A DNA stretch of 24,000 nucleotides from Candidatus Hebobacteria bacterium (lineage in GTDB: Bacteria > Armatimonadota > Hebobacteria > Hebobacterales > Hebobacteraceae), in the NCBI GenBank assembly GCA_029821885.1, contig JALGXV010000056.1, positions 1,668-25,667 on the forward strand. Reading direction: 5' to 3'. The notes under the pieces were generated by a model that was not told the DNA's origin, made no database searches, and was given only the letters and a program-made list of their open reading frames with translations. The position numbers and the translations under genes are program-made. Below, one piece after another: positions 7,427 to 14,141 of the stretch (positions within the stretch are counted from its first letter, which is position 1; each line of letters begins with the position of its first letter).

Positions 7427-9111
7427 TGTCGGGTGGGACGAGCGTGCAGCTTCGCCTCCTGGTGTGGCTCAAGGCGAAGCTCGTATGGCGCAATCTGGCA
7501 CGCAACAAGGCGGCCGCGGTGGGAGCCGTGCTGGCCCTGCTGTTCCTTGTGCCAAGCGCGATCGGCGTCGCGTTCGCGTGCGGTATCGGATTCCAAGCGC
7601 TCGAGCCGTTCTACGCAGAGCATCTGCTGCGCGCGGTACTCCTCGGTGCTTACCTGGTGTGGATCCTATCGCCGCTGTTCGGCCTTGCCCTGACCGAGGA
7701 CTACGACCTCTCTAAGCTCCTGGTCTATCCCATCACGCCTCGGACAGCATTCGCTGGGGCGCTTCTCGGATCGCTCTTGGACCTTGGGGTGATTCTGCTG
7801 ATCCCGACGCTCGTGGCTGTGTTGGTGTCGTTCTCGACCGACCCGGTGGCGGTGCCTGTGATCGTCATCGCCGAGGTACTCCTTCTCGCTCACGTGGTGG
7901 GCCTGAGTCAGATTATCCGCCTCGCCTCTGCCCGCATTATGCGGAGCCGCCGCGCCCGCGATGTCACGATCGTGCTGGTGCCACTGGGCCTGGCCGCGGT
8001 CTATGCAGTGACCCAACTGCTCCCACGTGCAGCTCTCGACATCGATTGGCAGCGGTTCCTGAACGGCCGGACCTGGCAGGTTGTCAGTTACCTGCCACCC
8101 GGGCTCGCGGCACAGGCCATCGGGGGCGCTTCCCGAGGGGCGCTGGGCCTGCCGCTGGCCTACTGCGCCCTATTGGGGGCGATCACGGCCGGCACCCTAT
8201 ACACGGCGGGATGGCTGGTCGACTCCCTGTACCGGGCAGAGGCCGCGCATGCGCCGGTCAGGCGGAGGGTTCCGGTCAGACCGCAACAAGAGGTCCCAAC
8301 CCGGTCTGCAGCGGAAGCCACTGGCGCGGATACCCTCTTCGGCCTGAGAGTGCCCCCGGTGGTGGCCGCGGTGGCGGAGAAGGAGGTCAAGTACCTGCTG
8401 CGCGATCCGGCCGCGAAGTCGCTCTTCGCCTGGACTATCTACATGCTGATCGTCTTCCTTGTGATGTTCCTCCATGGGCGGCTGACCGCGACTGGACAGA
8501 CCGTATCCGAGCCGATCCTGTGGGGTCTCGTCGGCTTCCTGCTGATGGGCGAATCTCAACTTGCACTGAACATCTTCGGCTTCGAAGGGGCGGCCTCGGC
8601 CACGCTGTTTCTTTTTCCGAGCCGACGGCGGGACATCCTCATCGGCAAGAACCTCGTGCACTTCCTCGGAATGTGCGCAGTCAATGCCTTCATGCTGGTT
8701 CTCCTGGCGGCGGCGGCGGGCGCGGGGCATCTCGTGCCGCAACTCGTCGCCCTCATGGTCCTCGGCAGCGCGGTGCTCGTCGCCTGCGGGAACGTGACCT
8801 CTGTGCTCCTGCCGGTCAAGATGAAACTCGACCGGTGGGGGATACGGCGGCAGTCGTCGAGCGAGAGCATTGCCTACATGTTCTTGTACCTGCTGGCCAT
8901 GATAGTGATCGGCGCCCTGGCGCTGCCCGCGATCGCCGCCATCGTGGTTCCCGCCATATGGTTCGGCAGCGTCTGGCTCGCCCTCACTGTGCCGCTGGGC
9001 GGCGCCTACTGCGCCGTGCTCTACCTGGCTTCACTGCACCTGTCGGAGAACGCGCTGATGAGACGGGAGCCCGATGTGACCGCGAAGCTGACCGGGGAGA
9101 AGGACGGCTAG
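7423..9111 (+). CDS. Large polytopic ABC exporter permease, about 12 TM, apparently 6+6
   Basis: 562 aa, with about 12 hydrophobic segments split by a charged loop (YRAEAAHAPVRRRVPVRPQQEV...). The second half opens with EKEVKYLLRDP, which resembles the N-terminus of ABC-2 permeases. The start (GTG 7423 or ATG 7426) overlaps the ATPase stop. Confidence 0.7.
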   Translation: MMSGGTSVQLRLLVWLKAKLVWRNLARNKAAAVGAVLALLFLVPSAIGVAFACGIGFQALEPFYAEHLLRAVLLGAYLVWILSPLFGLALTEDYDLSKLLVYPITPRTAFAGALLGSLLDLGVILLIPTLVAVLVSFSTDPVAVPVIVIAEVLLLAHVVGLSQIIRLASARIMRSRRARDVTIVLVPLGLAAVYAVTQLLPRAALDIDWQRFLNGRTWQVVSYLPPGLAAQAIGGASRGALGLPLAYCALLGAITAGTLYTAGWLVDSLYRAEAAHAPVRRRVPVRPQQEVPTRSAAEATGADTLFGLRVPPVVAAVAEKEVKYLLRDPAAKSLFAWTIYMLIVFLVMFLHGRLTATGQTVSEPILWGLVGFLLMGESQLALNIFGFEGAASATLFLFPSRRRDILIGKNLVHFLGMCAVNAFMLVLLAAAAGAGHLVPQLVALMVLGSAVLVACGNVTSVLLPVKMKLDRWGIRRQSSSESIAYMFLYLLAMIVIGALALPAIAAIVVPAIWFGSVWLALTVPLGGAYCAVLYLASLHLSENALMRREPDVTAKLTGEKDG

Positions 9112-9180
9112 GTGGTCTGGAACGGTCGAGCGCGGCGGTGGCATGAGGGCCTAAGGCCGCCGCTGGGCCGGTCGCGGGTG

Positions 9181-9210
9181 TTGACACCGCGGTCGGGCCT
9201 CGCCTATACT
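9181..9210 (+). promoter_or_regulatory. Putative sigma-70-type promoter of the three-gene ABC-2 operon
   Basis: TTGACA (9181-9186), an 18-nt spacer, then TATACT (9205-9210). It sits in the 281-nt intergenic gap, about 180 nt upstream of ATG 9393. Confidence 0.5.
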
Positions 9211-9311
9211 AGGCGCCTCGGTTAGGCTCTCAACTCCGCGCCGGCAGGGGGCGCGTCCTCGCTGATCGCGCATACCGGTGCGGCCTTGACATCTCTCTTC
9301 CTCCTACCACT

Positions 9312-9341
9312 CCGACGTGTCCGCGAGCGCGGGCGCGTCGG
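9312..9341 (+). promoter_or_regulatory. Leader hairpin (terminator/attenuator-like) in the 5' UTR of the ABC-2 operon
   Basis: A 13-bp stem pairs 9312-9324 with 9329-9341 (two G-U pairs) around a GAGC tetraloop, followed by CGTTTCC, so the U-tract is only 3 nt. A second 6-bp GC hairpin pairs 9237-9242 with 9250-9255 further upstream. Confidence 0.35.
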
Positions 9342-9392
9342 CGTTTCCTGTGGCCTCGCGCGCGTCTCGAGATTGCTTCAACGGGGGCAGAC

Positions 9393-10376
9393 ATGGCGCA
9401 AATAGTGGTCGGGAATCTGGTGAAGACCTTCCGTGTGGCCGAGCGCCAGCCCGGTCTCTGGGGCGCGGCGCGAGGATTGCTCCACCGGCGTCACCGCAGT
9501 GTGCGAGCATTGGACGGCATCTCGTTCTCCCTGCAGCCCGGCGAGTTGGTCGGCTACATCGGACCGAACGGCGCCGGGAAGTCCACCACCGTGAAGGTGC
9601 TGTCCGGCATCCTCGTGCCGGACTCCGGACGATGCGAAGTGCTGGGCCGCGTGCCGTGGCGGGAACGGGTTGCCAACGCGCGCGAGATAGGGGTCGTCTT
9701 CGGCCAGCGGACGCAGCTCTGGTGGGACCTGCCGGTGGTCGAGTCATTCGAACTGCTCCGCGACATCTACCGCGTGCCTTCCAGCTCATATCAGCAGGTC
9801 CGCGACGAGTTGATCGCGATGCTCGACATGGAGCCCCTTCTCGACGTGCCCGTTCGACAGCTGAGCCTGGGCCAGCGTATGCGGTGCGACCTGACGGCGG
9901 CCCTGCTGCATTCGCCGGCCATCCTCTATCTGGACGAGCCGACGATCGGTCTGGATGCGGTCTCCAAGCTTGCAGTTCGCGACTTCGTGCGCCAGCTCAA
10001 TCGGGAACGCGGGGTCACGATCATCCTGACGACTCACGACATGGACGACATCGAGGCCCTCTGCAGTCGCGTCATCGTCATCGACGAGGGACAGATCCTA
10101 TCCGATGGAACGCTCGATGATCTACGCCGTCACGTCACCACCGAGCGATGGCTCATCGTCGACCTGGCCGAGGAAGACGGAGACGTAACCGATCCCCAGG
10201 CCACCGTCATCAGCCGGGAAGGCCATCGCGTCCGTCTGCGCTTCGATCCGGAGGAGGTCAGCGCGGCCGAGTTGATCGGTCGGATCACCGCTGCCCACGC
10301 CATCCGCGATCTGTTCGTGGAGAATCCCCCCGTCGAGGAGATAATCGCGCGGCTCTACGGGGAGCAGCGGCGATGA
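9393..10376 (+). CDS. ABC transporter ATP-binding protein (uncharacterised ABC-2 system ATPase, COG4586-like)
   Basis: It has Walker A GPNGAGKST, the block VFGQRTQLWWDLPVVESF typical of this subfamily, signature LSLGQRMR, Walker B ILYLDEPTIGLD and an H-loop TTHD. An extra C-terminal domain of about 90 aa follows. Confidence 0.88.
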   Translation: MAQIVVGNLVKTFRVAERQPGLWGAARGLLHRRHRSVRALDGISFSLQPGELVGYIGPNGAGKSTTVKVLSGILVPDSGRCEVLGRVPWRERVANAREIGVVFGQRTQLWWDLPVVESFELLRDIYRVPSSSYQQVRDELIAMLDMEPLLDVPVRQLSLGQRMRCDLTAALLHSPAILYLDEPTIGLDAVSKLAVRDFVRQLNRERGVTIILTTHDMDDIEALCSRVIVIDEGQILSDGTLDDLRRHVTTERWLIVDLAEEDGDVTDPQATVISREGHRVRLRFDPEEVSAAELIGRITAAHAIRDLFVENPPVEEIIARLYGEQRR

Positions 10377-11164
10377 CACCATACTGGGCCATCCTCAGCG
10401 CGCGCTTTCGGACGCTCCTTCAGTACCGCGCGGCGGCCGCCGCCGGCTTCGGGACTCAACTCTTCTGGGGCCTCATCCGCGTCATGATATTCGAGGCCTT
10501 CTATCGCTCCACCACCAGCGCGCAGCCGATGAGCTACCAGGAAGTTGTCACCTACATCTGGCTCGGCCAGGCCCTCCTCGCCATGCTGCCGTGGAACTAC
10601 GACCGGGACGTCCATGCCCTGGTTCGGTCGGGCAACGTCGCCTATGAGCTGCTGCGGCCACTCGACCTCTACTGGCACTGGTATGCTCGAGCCATGGCCT
10701 GGCGGGTGGCTCCGGCCGTGCTCCGCGCGCTTCCCATGTTCATCGTCGCCGGTTTGTTCCTGGGCCTGCAGCCGCCGGACTCATGGGCATCCTTGGGAGC
10801 CTGGATCATCTCGCTCCTCGGCGCGCTCCTGTTGTCCGCCGCCATCACGACTCTCATCAATATCTCGCTCATGTGGACGATCGCGGGCGATGGGATGGCA
10901 TCACTGGTTTCGACACTGGTCGTCATACTGTCCGGCATGGTCGTCCCGCTGCCGTTCTTCCCGGACTGGGCCCAGTCCATCCTCAACTTCCTTCCATTCC
11001 GCGGACTCGTCGACGTCCCATTCCGGCTCTATATGGGCCACCTCCCGCCTGGTGACATCTTGGGCCTGTTCGCCCATCAGCTCGCCTGGACGCTCGCGCT
11101 CGTGGCCGCCAGCCGGCATGTGCTGCGTCGCGGCACTCGCCGCCTGGTGGTGCAGGGAGGCTGA
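10373..11164 (+). CDS. ABC-2 family permease subunit (COG4587-like)
   Basis: ATG 10373 overlaps the ATPase stop (ATGA). The product starts MTPYWAILSARFRTLLQYRAAAAAGFGTQLFWG and has about 6 hydrophobic segments. The ORF track's upstream extension from 10148 lies inside the ATPase gene and is not credible. Confidence 0.75.
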   Translation: MTPYWAILSARFRTLLQYRAAAAAGFGTQLFWGLIRVMIFEAFYRSTTSAQPMSYQEVVTYIWLGQALLAMLPWNYDRDVHALVRSGNVAYELLRPLDLYWHWYARAMAWRVAPAVLRALPMFIVAGLFLGLQPPDSWASLGAWIISLLGALLLSAAITTLINISLMWTIAGDGMASLVSTLVVILSGMVVPLPFFPDWAQSILNFLPFRGLVDVPFRLYMGHLPPGDILGLFAHQLAWTLALVAASRHVLRRGTRRLVVQGG

Positions 11165-11970
11165 TGATGCTCGACGAGATCCGCCTCTACTTCCGATACA
11201 TCGGCATATCCGTTCGCTCCCAGATCCAGTACCGCGGGTCCTTCCTCATGATGAGTATTGGACACTTCCTCATCACCGGCATCGAGTTCGTCGGCATCTG
11301 GATTCTCTTCCAGCGCTTTGGAAACATCAGAGGATGGTCGCTGGCCGAGGTCGCGCTCTGCTACGGAATCGTCAACATTGCCTTCTCCATCTCGGATGCA
11401 ACGACCCGCGGCTTCGACATGTTCGGCCTGATGGTAAAGAGTGGGGACTTCGATCGCCTCCTCCTGCGACCCCGAAGCACCGCCCTGCAGGTGGCCGGCC
11501 AGGAGCTGACCATGCGGCGGATCGGCCGGTTCGCGCAGGCGTTGATCGTGCTTCTGTGGAGCGCGCACGCGCTCGACGTTGCGTGGTCTCCCGCGACGAT
11601 TGCGCTCACCGGCGCGGCGGCGCTTGGAGGGGCTTGTCTGTTCTGCGGCCTCTTCGTTCTCCAGGCGACCCTTGCGTTCTGGACCGTCGAGACGCTGGAG
11701 ATCGTCAACACCGTGACCTACGGCGGTGTGGAGACGGCGCAGTTCCCGCTGTCGATCTACCGGCCGTGGCTTCGCCGGTTCTTCACCGGGGTGATCCCGC
11801 TCGCGACGGTCAGCTACTTCCCGGCGCTGGCGATCCTTGGGCGAGGCGCGGGCTCCGGGGTGCCGCCGGCCCTGCAGTGGGGCGCGCCGCTGGCCGGAGT
11901 CGCGTTCCTGCTGGTCGCGCTTCAGGTATGGAAGCTCGGCGTGCGGCATTACACCTCCACCGGCAGCTAG
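11164..11970 (+). CDS. ABC-2 family permease subunit (COG3694-like)
   Basis: ATG 11164 overlaps the preceding stop (TGATG). The sequence IRLYFRYIGISVRSQIQYRGSFLMMSIGHFLITGIEF and about 6 TM segments fit the paralogous partner of the preceding permease. Confidence 0.75.
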   Translation: MMLDEIRLYFRYIGISVRSQIQYRGSFLMMSIGHFLITGIEFVGIWILFQRFGNIRGWSLAEVALCYGIVNIAFSISDATTRGFDMFGLMVKSGDFDRLLLRPRSTALQVAGQELTMRRIGRFAQALIVLLWSAHALDVAWSPATIALTGAAALGGACLFCGLFVLQATLAFWTVETLEIVNTVTYGGVETAQFPLSIYRPWLRRFFTGVIPLATVSYFPALAILGRGAGSGVPPALQWGAPLAGVAFLLVALQVWKLGVRHYTSTGS

Positions 11971-12101
11971 CCGGCCGGGAGGCCCCCTCCGCGAGAGGCG
12001 GCGCCGGCGGTGTCGATAAGGATGCTCTCCGACGCCCTGTGGTCGATGGCACGGCGCGGGAATCGCAGTCGCTCCACGGAGCACGGAGGATCCCGTCTGC
12101 C

Positions 12102-12130
12102 TTGTCAATGGGCCTGCGCTGTGCTATACT
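12102..12130 (+). promoter_or_regulatory. Putative sigma-70-type promoter of the nusA-infB operon
   Basis: TTGTCA (12102-12107), a 17-nt spacer, then TATACT (12125-12130). It lies about 78 nt upstream of the nusA ATG. Confidence 0.5.
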
Positions 12131-12160
12131 CGGATGGCGGAAGGTGGTTCTCTCGTTGGC

Positions 12161-12186
12161 GAAGAGTGGGAGTTGTCCCACTCTTC
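12161..12186 (+). promoter_or_regulatory. Perfect 11-bp hairpin in the nusA 5' leader
   Basis: GAAGAGTGGGA (12161-12171), loop GTTG, TCCCACTCTTC (12176-12186). It lies between the -10 box and the SD AGGAAG (12193-12198). No U-tract follows. Confidence 0.4.
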
Positions 12187-12207
12187 AGCGTTAGGAAGCG
12201 TGCTGAG

Positions 12208-13446
12208 ATGCAGGTTGATTTCGTTCAGGCGCTGCGTGATATAGGTCGAGAGAAGGACATCCCGCTCGAGACGCTGAGCGAGATCATCGAAGCCGCGCTT
12301 GTCTCAGCCTACAAGAAGCACTACGGCGCAAGCTGCGAGATCCATGTGGACATCGACTGGGACAACGGTACGTCCGCCGTCTTCTGCCGGAAGCAGATCG
12401 TGGAGCATGTCGAGAACCCGCATACGGAGATGGCGCTGGCCGATGCGCGTCGACTCGACCCGACAGTGTCGGAGCACGAGTACCTCGACATTGAGGTCTC
12501 GCCTCAGGAGTTCGGGCGCATCGCGGCGCAGACCGCGAAGCAGGTGGTCGCCCAACGGATTCGCGAGGCCGAGCGCGACATTATATACGAGGAGTTCAGC
12601 AACCGAGACGGCGACGTCGTGACCGGTGTGGTCCAGCGCCGCGACGGCAGAACCGTCTTCATCGACATGGGCAAGGTCGAGGCCGTTCTTCCGGCCTCCG
12701 AGCAGAGCTCGATTGACAGTTACCGGCCTGGCGAGCGATTGAAGGTATACATTCTGGAGGTCAAGCGTACCACGAAGATACCGAGGGTGCTCATCTCGCG
12801 GAGCCACCCCGGGCTGCTCCGTAAGCTGTTTGAACTAGAGGTCCCCGAGGTCCACGAGGGGATCGTCGAGATCAAGGCACAGGCGCGAGAGGCAGGACAT
12901 CGCTCCAAGGTAGCTGTTTCGTCAAAGCAGGAGAGCGTCGATCCCGTTGGGGCGTGCGTCGGACACCGCGGCAGCCGTGTTCAGGCCGTCGTGGACGAGC
13001 TGCGCGGTGAGAAGGTCGACATCGTCCGCTGGGGCGACGAGGCCGCCAAGTATGTCGCGAGCGCCCTGAGCCCGGCCAGGGTGAGCCGCGTCATCATCGA
13101 TGAGGAGGCTCGCTCTGCAACTGTGGTCGCGCCCGACAACCAGCTGTCCCTGGCGATCGGCCGGGAGGGTCAAAACGTCAGGCTGGCAGCCCGGCTGACG
13201 GGCTGGCGCATCGACATACGAAGCGAAGCGCAAATGGCTGAGCGGGCGGCGGCCGAAGTGGCTGCCGCGGCTGAGGATGCGGAGCCTGCAGTGGCTGAGG
13301 ATGCGGAGCCTGCAGTGGCTGGGGACGCGGAGCCTGCAGTGGTGGAGGATGCGGAGCCTGCAGTGGTGGAGGATGCGGAGCCTGCAGTGGTGGAGGATGC
13401 GGAGCCTGCAGTGGTGGAGGATGCGGAGCCTGCAGTGGTGCAGTAG
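12208..13446 (+). CDS. nusA: Transcription termination/antitermination factor NusA (NTD-S1-KH1-KH2) with an acidic repeat tail
   Basis: The N-terminus is MQVDFVQALRDIGREKDIPLETLSEIIEAALVSAYKK. The S1 region is GDVVTGVVQRRDGRTVFIDMGKVEAVLP. The KH regions are VGACVGHRGSRVQAVVDELRGEKVDIV and LSLAIGREGQNVRLAARLTGWRIDI. ATG 12208 is chosen over the track's 12010 because the promoter, hairpin and SD lie in between. Confidence 0.9.
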   Translation: MQVDFVQALRDIGREKDIPLETLSEIIEAALVSAYKKHYGASCEIHVDIDWDNGTSAVFCRKQIVEHVENPHTEMALADARRLDPTVSEHEYLDIEVSPQEFGRIAAQTAKQVVAQRIREAERDIIYEEFSNRDGDVVTGVVQRRDGRTVFIDMGKVEAVLPASEQSSIDSYRPGERLKVYILEVKRTTKIPRVLISRSHPGLLRKLFELEVPEVHEGIVEIKAQAREAGHRSKVAVSSKQESVDPVGACVGHRGSRVQAVVDELRGEKVDIVRWGDEAAKYVASALSPARVSRVIIDEEARSATVVAPDNQLSLAIGREGQNVRLAARLTGWRIDIRSEAQMAERAAAEVAAAAEDAEPAVAEDAEPAVAGDAEPAVVEDAEPAVVEDAEPAVVEDAEPAVVEDAEPAVVQ

Positions 13447-13565
13447 TTGAGGAGGCGGAGCCTGGAGTGGCTGAGGGCGCGGAGCCTGCAGTGGCTGAGA
13501 ACGCGGAGCCTGCAGTGGCTGGGGAGGCTGAGTCTGTGATGGCCGAAGGAACGGAGCCTGCTGCT
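13270..13565 (+). repeat. 24-nt tandem repeat encoding (A/V)(E/G)DAEPAV
   Basis: There are 7 near-identical in-frame units (13270-13437), then 4-5 degenerate units after the nusA stop. The first seven begin at 13270, 13294, 13318, 13342, 13366, 13390 and 13414, with consensus GNGGAGGATGCGGAGCCTGCAGTG. After an 8-nt insertion (13441-13448) the units continue at 13449, 13470, 13494, 13518 and 13542 in a different reading frame. Confidence 0.9.
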
Positions 13566-13742
13566 GCAGAGGCCGGGGTAGCGGAGAAGCAGGAGGGCGC
13601 CGAGGTGGGTACGGAGGAGTCGCCTCCGGCCGAGCCCGAGGCGGGTTCCGAGGGGGAGCTGGGCGGGGAGAAGGAAGCTAGCCTGAAGGCTGAAGCGGCC
13701 GTCGCCGACCGAGAGCTCGGGCCTGCGGCTGCAGGTGAATGA
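13467..13742 (+). CDS. Acidic Pro/Ala/Glu-rich ORF, most likely the frameshifted continuation of the NusA C-terminal tail
   Basis: The frame is open from at least 13443 (AVVEEAEPGVAEGAEPAVAENAEPAVAGEAE...). The first start codon is GTG 13467. The stop TGA 13740-13742 overlaps the ylxR ATG (ATGA). It has no independent domain and is entirely low complexity. Confidence 0.35.
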   Translation: MAEGAEPAVAENAEPAVAGEAESVMAEGTEPAAAEAGVAEKQEGAEVGTEESPPAEPEAGSEGELGGEKEASLKAEAAVADRELGPAAAGE

Positions 13743-14002
13743 GGCGACCGGCACGCGCGCCACAGCGCACCTGCGTGGCCTGCCGCCAAGTGCGGCCGAA
13801 GGCAGAGCTGCTGCGCGTGGTTCGGACTCCGGCGGGCGAAGTGCTGGTCGATGAGACCGGGAAGTCCTCCGGCCGCGGGGCCTATGTGTGCCGCAGTCGC
13901 GAGTGCGCTCAGCGAGCTGTGGGACAGAAGAAGCTGGCGCGGGCACTCGGTGTGGTGGTCGGATCAGACGTGCTCGAGTGCGTCGTCGGCTTGCTCGAGT
14001 AA
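13739..14002 (+). CDS. ylxR: YlxR/RnpM-family (DUF448) RNA-binding protein
   Basis: 87 aa, with RTCVACRQVRPKAELLRVV...DETGKSSGRGAYVC...C, the conserved DUF448 pattern. It occupies the canonical position between nusA and infB. Confidence 0.85.
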   Translation: MRRPARAPQRTCVACRQVRPKAELLRVVRTPAGEVLVDETGKSSGRGAYVCRSRECAQRAVGQKKLARALGVVVGSDVLECVVGLLE

Positions 14003-14141
14003 GTCGCCAATCGAAGTGATGCGCGCTGTGGTTTGACATGACTGATGCTGCTCTCCCTTGTTGGGAGAAGTGGACCTGCATCCGCAGCCTGCGCGGGTCC
14101 TCGCGCAGATAGAGGTGTCTGGAGGAGAGGCGTAGCACCGA

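Noticed and set aside
9137-9168. The GC-rich inverted repeat GCGGC...GGCC-TAA-GGCC-GCCGC after the permease stop as an intrinsic terminator
   Set aside because: The stem is interrupted by an 11-nt asymmetric internal loop and no T-tract follows, so it is too weak to call.
9286-9310. A second TTGACA hexamer in the ABC-2 leader as an additional promoter
   Set aside because: The best downstream -10-like hexamer (TACCAC) is only 13 nt away and is a poor match. The hexamer is more likely part of the transcribed leader.
9317-10120. A 267-aa + strand ORF overlapping the second ABC ATPase in another frame
   Set aside because: The in-frame ATPase (9393-10376) has complete Walker A, signature and Walker B motifs. 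The alternative frame is low-complexity Arg/Ala/Gly/Pro.
10545-12194. A 549-aa + strand ORF in an alternative frame across both ABC-2 permease genes
   Set aside because: It is off frame relative to two permeases with proper TM patterns and coupled starts. Its translation is Arg/Pro/Ser/Trp-rich with no TM or domain signature, and it also runs through the nusA promoter region.
12010-12207. An N-terminal extension of nusA from the ORF track's start at 12010
   Set aside because: The extension contains the -35/-10 boxes, the leader hairpin and the SD. The conserved NusA N-terminus begins at ATG 12208.
13270-13565. The regularly spaced 24-nt repeats considered as a possible CRISPR array
   Set aside because: The units are directly abutting with no spacers, are in frame and encode a peptide repeat. 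There are no cas genes or leader.
14033-14061. TTGACA in the ylxR-infB spacer as an internal infB promoter
   Set aside because: No acceptable -10 hexamer lies at 16-19 nt spacing; the sequence there is CCTTGT.
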